DNA of 33,089 nt from Octopus sinensis (lineage: Eukaryota), in assembly GCF_006345805.1 (NCBI RefSeq), contig NW_021835653.1:1-33089 (forward strand). Reading direction: 5' to 3'. A model generated the notes under the pieces. That model was not told the DNA's origin. It worked only from the letters and a program-made list of their open reading frames with translations, and searched no databases. This document shows, one piece after another, positions 1-9,440 of this stretch. Made by a program: the position numbers and the translations under genes. How positions within the stretch are numbered: position 1 is the stretch's first letter; each line of letters begins with the position of its first letter.

Positions 1-21
1 ATCTAAGTTATATATATATAT

Positions 22-198
22 AGGGAGTTTACGAAAAAAAAAAACCCAAAAGACGAAGACAGGTGGTGTACAAAACAAACAGATGTATTAGTATAACGCT
101 CAGGAATAGAAAAAGTCTTTTATGTTTCGAACCTACGCTCTTCTACAGAAAGAGACTCAGAAAAATCAAGAAGAGAACAAAAATGTGTGTAATGGCTA
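22..198 (-). mobile_element. TA-embedded interspersed repeat (Penelope-like terminal-repeat type), copy A
   Basis: Reverse-complement homolog of about 17856-18038 (agggagtttacgaaaa...gacgaagacaggtggtgtaca...cgctcagga). Flanked by (TA)n and carries a hammerhead-like motif. The Penelope-like assignment is inferred from that motif. Confidence 0.6.
115..156 (-). ncRNA. Minimal type I hammerhead ribozyme-like motif (copy A)
   Basis: Minus strand reads gtct-CUUU-CUGUAGA-A-GAGC(GUAG)GUUC-GAA-ACAU-A-AAAG-ac. Stem I CUUU/AAAG, 4-bp stem II with one GU pair, degenerate stem III, non-canonical U at core position 6. Confidence 0.45.
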
Positions 199-569
199 TA
201 TATATATATGCATACATGTAGGTACGTATATAGATAGACATAGGCATTCAAAGAGAGCTAATCATATCTATATAAGTATGTGTGTTTGCATGAATGCTTA
301 TTGAAATGTATGTGAATGTCACGTTGTCGAGTGTTAAAATGATTGGACTAGAGTAGCAGCTCAACTTTATATAAATTTAATATTCGGAAGCATACCGAAG
401 GTGATTGGTTATCAAGAATCGTTAGAAGTACACCTGAAATTGCTCTGTTAATCTATGCACACATGCTTATACGTTACTGGTAACGAATGTCTATAAAGAA
501 TTTATTTCGATCAACCGGAAGCAGAGTTGGTTGTCTCTCAGAATATCAGTTCAGAATGAGCGAATGAGA

Positions 570-588
570 TCGTACGTACGTACATACA

Positions 589-622
<34 letters not shown>

Positions 623-679
623 CATACATACATACATACATACGCACACATACATACATGCATACATACATACATACAT

Positions 680-716
<37 letters not shown>

Positions 717-850
717 TACATACATACATACATATACTACATATATGTATGCCTGTGTGTCTCTGCTGTATGTGTGTGTATATATGTGTGTCTGTATGTA
801 TGGACGAGTATGTGTGCGCGTGTGTGTGTGTGTGTGTGTGTGATGTATAT
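570..850. repeat. Compound microsatellite (TACA)n/(CA)n/(TG)n
   Basis: Directly visible tandem repeats. Confidence 0.95.
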
Positions 851-987
851 GTATTTTATATGAAGCATCTCAATGCCCCCAAGTTTCCATCAAACAATGG
901 GCAGACTCCACCTTCAATTCAATACAAAATTATGTAGCAGAGACATAAAGACATACAGGCAACTTAATAAGTACCACTACTTCCCTT

Positions 988-1710
988 AATGAATCGAATG
1001 CCACCGTTATATCATCTCCTTTGCCTTCCTCTCTTTCCAACTCTTTGCATCTACCTCTCGTTTTTCCCCCTCTCGCATTCTTCTCTATTCTGTTTGGTTT
1101 TCATTTCTCCATTCCTCATTCTTGACTAAATTGCTGTTAATTACTGAGACAGAAATGTTATATATGACAATATTTTACTCTGACATTGAAGCTGTTAGTT
1201 TTTCAATAAAACAGACGACACCCGATACAAACATGGCGACTGTGTTCATGTTTCACGATGAATGTTAAAAACAAAACCAAATACAACAAAAAACGACCTA
1301 ACCAAAACAATAACAAAACATAATAACGCAGTCCAGAACGTGACAAAATATCAACATTGATGATATACTAGTTTCTAATATCTCTGGCTCATTACAGTAA
1401 ATTTGCAGCCTGTTAAGCCGTGTGGGACCAATTTTCTCAGTGGTCGTGGTAGTCGTGGTGGCTGTTGTGGTTGTGGTAGATTAGTGGTGGATGATTCTGT
1501 AGTCTTATACACACCCACACGCGCACAAACACTCGTATACGCACACACAAATACATACGCACTCACATACATATAAGGAGTTAGTGAGAGACCTAACGCT
1601 ATAAAAGAGAGAAGAGAGAAAGGTAGATGGGAAAGAACAAGAGATAGATGCAAAGAATTGGAAAGAGAGGAAGGCAAGGGAGATGATATAACGGCGGTAT
1701 TCGATTCATT
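988..1710. repeat. Inverted repeat pair, about 80-bp arms (988-~1070 and ~1628-1710)
   Basis: aatgaatcgaatgccaccgttatatcatctcctttgccttcctctctttccaa matches the reverse complement of 1636-1710 with few substitutions. Confidence 0.85.
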
Positions 1711-1744
1711 GACGCGCTAACGGTTCTATCAACTTAGCGGGGAT

Positions 1745-1955
1745 TATTATAATCCTTTCTACAATAGACACAAGGTCGGAAGTATTGGGGGAGGAGGCTA
1801 GTTGATTTCAGCAACCCCAGTGCTTATTTTATTGACCCCGAAAGGGTGAAAGGTAATGTTAATCTCGGCAGAATTTGAATACAGAAGAGAAAGGTGGTCG
1901 AAACGTAGCTAATCCTTTTATCCGCGTACTAACGATTCTACTAGCTTGCCGCCTT
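1745..1955 (-). mobile_element. tRNA-derived SINE family A (head ggcggcgagctggcagaatcgttagc), degenerate
   Basis: Reverse complement of the head and of the core gcctttcatcctttcggggtcgataaa seen in many copies in this window. Confidence 0.75.
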
Positions 1956-1961
1956 CCTTTC

Positions 1962-2170
1962 TAATACAAGTACAAGACTACTGCAGTTTTGGGGGAGGTG
2001 ATAATCGATTACATCAATCCCAACACTTGACTGGTTCTTACTTTATCGACCCCTGAAAGGATGAAAGTCAAAGCCGACCTCGGTGTTATTTGAACTCAGA
2101 ACACAAAGAGAGAAGAAATGCCGTTTAGAATTTTGCGACGCACTAACGATTCTGCCAACTCGCTGCCTTA
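1962..2170 (-). mobile_element. SINE family A
   Basis: tttatcgacccctgaaaggatgaaagtcaaagccgacctcgg...gaactcagaac...ctaacgattctgccaactcgctgcc. Confidence 0.85.
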
Positions 2171-2195
2171 TTGTGGATCATTATAATGTTTTATT

Positions 2196-2410
2196 GTAGC
2201 GAGCTGGCAGAGTCGTTAGCACAGTGGACGAAATGCTTAGAGGTACTTCACCCATCGCAATGTTCTGAGTTCATATTCCGCTGAGGTTGACTTTGCCTTT
2301 CATTCTTTCAGGGTCAATAAATTAAGTATCAGTAAAACACTGGGGTCCATGTAATCGACTAGTCCCTTCTCTACCCAAATTTGAGGCTTTGTGCCTCCAG
2401 TAGAAAGGGG
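2196..2410 (+). mobile_element. SINE family A, head-to-head with the previous copy
   Basis: gcgagctggcagagtcgttagc...gttctgagttc...gactttgcctttcattctttcagggtcaataaa...agtagaaagg tail. Confidence 0.85.
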
Positions 2411-3094
2411 TTTAATGTTTTATTGCTTTAGGACAAAGTATGAAACTTTCAAACTATTTTGTTATCATGTTATCATCAAGTTGCACATCTCCCATCTTTA
2501 TATGTATTTATGGCCAAGAACGTTAGTAGTCGAAGTAAAGTACATGGGTTCAATTCTGAGCTAAACTCAGAATGTTTAACACCTACATAGATGTAAAAAT
2601 GATGCAACAAATGAAAAGACACAGTGTTGCAAAAGACCTATCCAACCCATCAAGTTCAGTAAAGTGTACATAAAAAATAATGATGATTGTATACACAACA
2701 CAGTTGTGTATAATTGAAATACATTTTAAATACTAGAAAGCCTTTATGCAGCTGCTGACTTTCTATGACATCGATTAAAGAAAGCAATTTGGTATACATC
2801 TCTGATGATCATTAAGCAAATTGTGAAATGGTCCTTGAGGGGATTCATCACCATTTTTTCCCGCCTCTTAAAAGCATAGAAGAAATATATTTACATTATA
2901 ATATTTTCCTGTCAGAGCTAATATATAAAACTGCTTTTCAGTTCAATGCCACATAATTCAAGTAGGGTACTTATAGCATGTACAGTCTCCCTTTTCAACG
3001 GTCTCTCATAAAATTATAAATATATGTAAATAAACCTGTTATTTATATTCACTTATGTATTTTAGGACACGCTGCATTCCTCTGTGATTCATGT

Positions 3095-3255
3095 AGGAAA
3101 GGGCAGACGTGTTCTGTGTGTAAGACGTTTGCTTCCCAACCATATTGTTCCCGGTTCAGTCCCACTGTGCTGCACTTTGGGCAAGATTTTTTTTCTATAT
3201 CCACAGGTGGAAAAGCCTTGTGAGGGGGATGTGGTAGATGGAAAGCTCCTCGTAT
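3095..3255 (+). mobile_element. SINE family B (CORE-type, OR2-like) 5' part, degenerate
   Basis: gcttcccaacca...ggttcagtcccactg...tttgggcaag...aaagccttgtgag; homologous to 14483, 23499 and 29819. Confidence 0.7.
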
Positions 3256-3362
3256 GTAGTGTATGTATGTAAGTATATATATATATATATTATATATATA
3301 TATGTTATGTATGTATACATGTATATATATATATATAATATATATAGATATATAATATATAT

Positions 3363-3399
<37 letters not shown>

Positions 3400-3435
3400 T
3401 ATCGAAGTATGACGCAAAGTAGTGTTTACGTCAGT

Positions 3436-3546
3436 TCACATATTTGAACTTCTAATGGTAAATACACTGCAGTTACTGTGGAGAAAAAGATATATTTTTC
3501 TCCACGGTAACTGTAGAGTATTTGCCTTAGCAGTTGAAATATGTGA
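3436..3546. repeat. Fold-back palindrome, 53/52-nt arms, 6-nt loop
   Basis: Arms 3436-3488 and 3495-3546 match at 46 of 52 positions with one 1-nt gap. Confidence 0.9.
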
Positions 3547-3594
3547 CAAATATATTTCAACTAACTAAATTGTCAGTTATATATAGATAATATA

Positions 3595-3638
<44 letters not shown>

Positions 3639-3642
3639 TATA

Positions 3643-4030
3643 TTTTCCTGTCGTAAGGCTTCACTTCCACACACGCCAGCTTAATTTAATCGTTCTTAGT
3701 CGAAAGACACCTGTTGTTAATATCCTGTTGTTTGTATTTGTAACTGTGTACCATTTCTCTGTTATTTTTTTCCGTCCTTGTTTTCGTATACATTCGCTGG
3801 CTTTCTCCCAAAGAATCTAGTGCTCTTAGCATAAATTTTCTTTGGAGCTGGCCAGATTAGAGCAGTCTCAAGAGTAACCGGTCGAAACTGCAACGACGAT
3901 CTGGTACTCGACTGAAGATTAAAAGCTCGGAATGACCCGTCCTTGTTTTTTTCTGTCCCTTTTTGTATCGTGTTAGGGTCCGAATGTTTTGTCGTCGCCT
4001 GTCATGTCTTGTTCCATTTTTTGTTTTCTT

Positions 4031-4033
<3 letters not shown>
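3643..4033. repeat. Unclassified TA-flanked interspersed repeat (related to 23668-23815)
   Basis: Shares the block cgaaa...gatc-gg-t-c-cgactgaagatta...gaatgacccgtc with 23685-23750. (TA)n on both sides. Confidence 0.55.
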
Positions 4034-4080
<47 letters not shown>

Positions 4081-4502
4081 TATATTATACATATATAGTA
4101 TATAATATATGTGTGTGTGTGGGGGTAATTATATATATATATGTATGTATATATATATATATATACATATATGTGTATATATGTATGTATGTATATGTTT
4201 ATATGTATAGATATATGTATATGTATATATATATATACATATATATACATGCGTACATATATGTATATGTACAAATATGTTTATGTATATATAAATTACA
4301 TCTATAAATATGAATCTCTCTCTCCCTCTCTATCTATTAATATTTATATCTACACACACACACACAAACATTAGCATCTGTGTGTGCTGTATTTGTATAA
4401 ATATTTATATAGACATATATGTATGTGTGAGTACGCGCATATACATAAATCAACATATTCCCAAATGTATAATATATAGACACAAAAATATGATCATCCC
4501 AA

Positions 4503-4546
<44 letters not shown>

Positions 4547-4643
4547 TGGCATATATATATATTGCCTATATAGCACATAGCTTTGAATATATCTATATTG
4601 TACCAATCCATCAACCCGGCTTTTCAACGTCAAGCTATCTCAA

Positions 4644-4648
4644 CTATC

Positions 4649-4697
<49 letters not shown>

Positions 4698-4722
4698 CTA
4701 TCTATCTCTCATCTATCTATCT
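4644..4722. repeat. (TATC)n microsatellite, 5' flank of the Tx1 copy
   Basis: Directly visible. Confidence 0.95.
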
Positions 4723-5790
4723 GCGAGTGTCGCGTTGCTCTCAAGCACCTCTGCCGTCCCGGTCGACCTTGAGTGACTTCACACACAACCAAAGCATTCT
4801 ATAGGGGATTAGTGGAGGGAGGTACGACGACGAGCTTCGGGGCAAAACCCTGGCGTCGACGAGGAATACCTGACCCGCCTGTTTCAAACGACTTTCGGCC
4901 CGGGACCTATGGACAACTTCCAGAGATCCCTGGCCTGGCGGTGCTAAACGAGAACGCTACCCGTTCGGGATAAGCTCTATAGGCATGGCTAGAGAAACAC
5001 GGGGCCGCCCTGCCCGAGATGCGTTTAGAGCGACGAAACCGCTCTGCACGCAATCGTGCAGTGTCCAGCAATTTCCGACCTGTGGGCTTATGTCGAACGA
5101 CTGCTGTCACGTGTGGGACGTGTCGGTTTATCAGCCGAGTCTATCGTTAATATCGTCACGCCTCCTTCCTTCAAACGGGAAGGAAGAGCTATTTTATCAT
5201 ACTTGTGGCTATGGCGAAAGAATGTACTGGTGGACGCGCCTGAAAGGATTAGAGACAAACCCTTTCCTCTCTGGTCAATCTCTCATCAACTTCTTCAAGT
5301 ATCACTTGTAGAGGAAAGTGAGAGTAGAGAGCAAGTTTTTGTCTAGTGAATGTTTTAAAAAAAGATGGGTGAATGTAGCAAGGATGGCACGTATGAATGA
5401 CGAAGCCACCTTGACTATGATTCTATGAACCATAAAAATTAATACAGAGAGTTGCTATTTGCAAAAAAAAAAAAAAGAAATATAACATGTGACTTCATTG
5501 ACCGAGGTTACCGTGGTCTTTTCCGTAGGCTTTTCTTTCCACGGTAAACCTCACCTGTCCTCCCCTTTACACTTCATATTGACATTTCTGTGATAACGAT
5601 CCCTATTATTCATTTTTTTCTCTCTCCCACCCTTTTTTAACCCCTCCCCCTTTTTTTTGTCCTTTTTTTTCCTTTTACGATCCCTTTTGATCGAAAACCA
5701 CACACTCCTTTTTTAACCCCAAAAGAAAAGCTCTACCTTGTAATTTGTTCTCTCTGTGTGCAGCCCTGTGTGGCTAATAAAGAAACATAT
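4723..5790 (+). mobile_element. 5'-truncated Tx1-type (L1 clade) non-LTR retrotransposon: ORF2 C-terminus with zf-RVT-like zinc knuckle, plus 3' UTR
   Basis: Joining frameshifted ORFs gives ...MDNFQRSLAWRC..LPVRDKLYRHG...CPRCV*SDETALHAIVQCPAISDLWAYVERLL...WWTRLKGL...LINFFKYHL, containing a C-x2-C-x4-E-x3-H-x4-C motif. The element ends gtggctaataaagaaacatat. Confidence 0.85.
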
Positions 5791-5823
5791 CTATCTATCT
5801 GTCTATCTATCTATCTATCTGGT

Positions 5824-5852
<29 letters not shown>
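5791..5852. repeat. (TATC)n/(TGTC)n microsatellite, 3' flank of the Tx1 copy
   Basis: Directly visible. Confidence 0.95.
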
Positions 5853-5854
<2 letters not shown>

Positions 5855-6189
5855 TAATCTTTATCCATTATTTCTCGGGAATCGATCAGTTTGTTTATCT
5901 CTGTCCACCTTATATGCCCTCACTGTTCAGTAACAACGGCAGGTGTCACATAAAACAGCGCGTAAACGAGAAGAAAATGCAGAGCAAACGATGGAGACGC
6001 CGTGAAACAATATGGCGTCGGTCTGATTAATTTTCCTTCTCGTCTATCGCATTTCCCGCCAACCAGCGTTTCAATGATATCTCACTTACTTTAAACTGAC
6101 AGGAACATTCTGGAAATACGAAACCGTACGTGATACATTTTTTTGCACATATATCATCCCTCCACCCCTCCTCCCTCAACAACAACACA

Positions 6190-6206
6190 AACACCACTAC
6201 CACCAC

Positions 6207-6252
<46 letters not shown>

Positions 6253-6314
6253 AGCTGCTGCTGGTACTACTACTACTGCTACTGCTGCTGCTACTGCTAC
6301 TGCTGCTACTACTA

Positions 6315-6362
<48 letters not shown>

Positions 6363-6397
6363 CTACTGCTACTACTACTACTACTACTACAACTACA

Positions 6398-6438
<41 letters not shown>

Positions 6439-6440
6439 AT
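6190..6440. repeat. (TAC)n/(TGC)n trinucleotide array
   Basis: Directly visible; source of the poly-Y, poly-T and poly-V ORFs. Confidence 0.95.
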
Positions 6441-6724
6441 TACCTTTTGCCATCGAATGTGCGTATTAAATACATTCTATTTAATACTTAAATCCATTGT
6501 TATATATATATATATATATATGCATTGTTACACATATATACACACACATATATATACATATATATACATATACATATATATATAGATATATATGCTTATT
6601 CCTCTTAAAGTACGTGTGTGAATGCTTTTGACAAAGATGTGTGCTTGTAGTGTGTATATAATTCTCTCTGAACACTAATACACTGGTGTTAGTCTCATAA
6701 ATGCATCCGATATCGTGTTGTAAT

Positions 6725-6758
<34 letters not shown>

Positions 6759-7372
6759 TTTATTGAGCTTATACTAACGATGTCAGAATAGAAAATGATG
6801 TTGGTTGTTTAGATGGTAATAATGATAATATTAATAGCAACAGTAAACAATGGTGATGGTGATGATGATGATGTTGATGATAATGATGATGATAACGATA
6901 ACGATGATGATGATGTTAAACAATATGAAGTTGAGGAGGGGGAGAATAGTGATGATGATAACTACGGTGACACGATAGTGACGAAATGGCCTCGACGACG
7001 GTGATAACGATGATGGCGAAGACCATAATATTGATGATGGTAGTGCTGGTGGTGGTGGTGGTGTCGGTGGTGAAAATGATTCTAAATTTGATACGATGGA
7101 CAGGAAAAACAGTAAATAAAAGAACATTGGAAAACTATACTGTAATGTAATCAAATAATAGAAATGCTCTCTCTCTCTGTCTCACTCTCTGTCTTTCTCT
7201 TTCTTTCTCTCTGTCACATAAACACACACATACACATGCATGCATACATGTATGCACACATTCACGCACATGCATACACGTACTCACACACACATGCGCA
7301 TATAGATCCTAAAAGGGAAAACAACAGATAACGATGACTAAAAAAATAAATAAATAAATAAATAATAAATAA

Positions 7373-7429
<57 letters not shown>

Positions 7430-7654
7430 TTTCAAATTTTTGTTACTAGGGCAGCTTGTGAGAAAGGATTAAGTCGATTACATTTACCCCAGTGCATAAC
7501 TGGTACTTATTTAATCGACCCCTACTGGTACTTATTTAATCGACCCCTAAAGGATGAAACTCAAAGTCGACCTCTGTGGAATTTGAACTCAGAACATAAG
7601 GACGGACGAAATGCCGCTAAGGATGTTGTCTGGATGATAACGATTCTGTCAGCT
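7430..7654 (-). mobile_element. SINE family A with an internal 25-bp tandem duplication (7499-7523 and 7524-7548)
   Basis: actggtacttatttaatcgacccct occurs twice, within reverse-complement core and head. Confidence 0.85.
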
Positions 7655-7669
7655 TAATAATAATAATAG

Positions 7670-7764
7670 TTCCAAATTTTGCCACAAGGGCAGCAATTTG
7701 GGAGAAGGGGTTAAATCGATTACATCGACTCCAGTGTGTAACTGGTACTTATTTAATTGACCCC
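7670..7764 (-). mobile_element. SINE family A 3' fragment
   Basis: ccaaattttgccacaagggcagcaattt...aatcgattacatcgactccagtg...aactggtac. Confidence 0.75.
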
Positions 7765-7801
7765 ATATATATATATATATGTATGTGTGTATGTATATAT
7801 T

Positions 7802-8010
7802 TGTGTATCTGTGTTTGTCCCCCAACAATCGCTTGACAGCAGATGTTGGTGTGTTTACGTCCCCGTAACTTAGCAGTTCGGCAAAAGAGACCGATAGAAT
7901 AAGTACTAGGCTTACAAAAGAATAAGTCTGGTGTCGATTTGTTCGACTAAAGGCAGTGCTCCAGCATGGCCGCAGTGAAATGACTGAAGCATATAAAAAC
8001 GTAAAAGGGT
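7802..8010 (+). mobile_element. SINE family B 3' part
   Basis: gtttgtccccc...ggtgtgtttacgtccccgtaacttagc...gtgctccagcatggccgcagt; same as 24690 and 30085. Confidence 0.85.
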
Positions 8011-8186
8011 AAGTATCAAAAGATACCAATAACGTAGTAAAACAACAAAATAATAATATAAATGATCCTCAAAATGGAGGAGAGGTGGTCACATAGGATT
8101 AGTAAATATACACCACAGAATACCTCGCATTATTTTGACATTACAATGGCGAATGGCTTATCCTAGTTCTTGCGACCCATTTAATT

Positions 8187-8665
8187 TCACCTAGGTAGAT
8201 TTGGCCTAAATAGCCACACTAGTTTCGCCACGCTCATCCGCCTATGATAAAATTTCATAGAGGGCATCACATCCCTCTTTATCCTCCCTTTTTTCCTGAA
8301 ATGGTACTGAAGAAACTGACGCGGGCTAGTCCCTAGAGAGGAATAGTTTCGAGAGTTTTAACAGCATCCCTCATACTATATCCTTCATCATAGTCAAAGA
8401 GAGACTAGTTGCTTTTCCTCGTAAAAGAAAGATAGTGTACCGGTCTTTAAAATGGATTCGGATGACATCAAGAACTGTCCCGCATTTAATAACAGATGAC
8501 CGGCAAGAACCAACAATTGGGAAATACATGGACACTGAAGGTTACAGCACCATGCGTGCATCTTTGACAAGCTTGGGTTACTGTAGGCTCCAGCATAGCC
8601 ATACTTTTAAGATTCATTCCGAACATGTAAGCGCCCTGTGCAAACCCAATCTATATCTCCGATGT
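8187..8665 (-). mobile_element. Old, diverged Tx1-type ORF2 C-terminal remnant
   Basis: Minus-strand translation with frameshifts gives ..GRLHVRNE..CQRC..LQCPCISQL...HLLLNAGQFLMSSESIL...FFQYHFRKKGRIKRDVMPS..RMSVAKL. This is collinear with QCPAISDL..LLSRVG..LSAESIV..FFKYHL.RKVRVERE of the 4723 copy. Confidence 0.7.
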
Positions 8666-8825
8666 GAGTAATTCTCTGGAAGACACTAATTGGGGTGTCC
8701 TCAACACAACGGATCAGTCATGACCATCATCACTCATACTCTCCAATAACGTAAATTTGATTTGTACCAATTATATTGTCTGTTTGGTAGAGTGCAGCGA
8801 ACATCTGGCAATATTTCTAGTGGCA

Positions 8826-9058
8826 AAGGCGGCAATCTGGTAGAAACGTTAGCACGCCGGGCGAAATGCTTAGCGATATTTCCTCTGTCTTTACGTTCTG
8901 AGTTCAAGTTCCGCCGAGGTTGACTTTGCCTTTCATCCTTTCGGAGTCGATAAATTAAGTACCAGTTACGCACTGGGGTCGATATAATCGACTTAATCCT
9001 TTTGTCTGTCCTTGTTTGTCCCCTCTATGTTTAGCCCCTTGTGGTTAGTAAAGAAATA
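8826..9058 (+). mobile_element. SINE family A, subfamily with Tx1-like 3' tail
   Basis: Head plus core plus tail ttgtcccctctatgtttagccccttgtggttagtaaagaaata. Confidence 0.9.
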
Positions 9059-9206
9059 TGTATTTCGCCGTTACGTTCTGAGATCAAATTCCACCGAGGT
9101 CGACTTTGCCTTTCATCCTTTTGGGTTCGATAAATTAAGTACCAGTTACGCATTGGAGTCGATCTAATCGACTTAATTCCTTTGTCTGTTCTTGTTTGTC
9201 CCCTCT
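9059..9206 (+). mobile_element. SINE family A, tandem head-less copy
   Basis: Restarts at gtatttcg...ttacgttctgag directly after the tail of the previous copy. Confidence 0.85.
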
Positions 9207-9278
9207 AACGTAACGGCAGACGAAATACCGCTAAACATTTCGCCCAGCGCGCTAACGTTTCTGCCAGCTCGCCGCCTT
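9207..9278 (-). mobile_element. SINE family A head, inverted
   Basis: aacgtaacggcagacgaaataccgct...ttctgccagctcgccgcc. Confidence 0.85.
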
Positions 9279-9440
9279 ATTACTCATATTCGATTTTAGT
9301 TTCGACAACAGGCGGCAAACTCTTGATGAGCATCTATGTCAAGATCTCTGCATCTACGTTGAACAGATAGCTTCGTATAAGTTACTAGCTGTTCACCTAT
9401 ATATTATATATGATATTATATCATATTACCTTATATAGTA

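Noticed and set aside
531-863. Many 60-270 aa ORFs here and throughout the window (YIHT, CVCV, poly-Y/T/V/S/H/L)
   Set aside because: They are translations of stop-free microsatellites, with no splice or domain support.
3860-3945. cgaaac and ctgaaga motifs in the 3643-4033/23668-23815 repeat
   Set aside because: Order and spacing do not fit any hammerhead topology, and there is no stem II between ctgaaga and gaa.
8305-8358. ctgaagaaact...agtttcgaga hammerhead-like string
   Set aside because: It lacks GAAA and stems I and III, and is explained as the antisense of the Tx1 ORF2 remnant.
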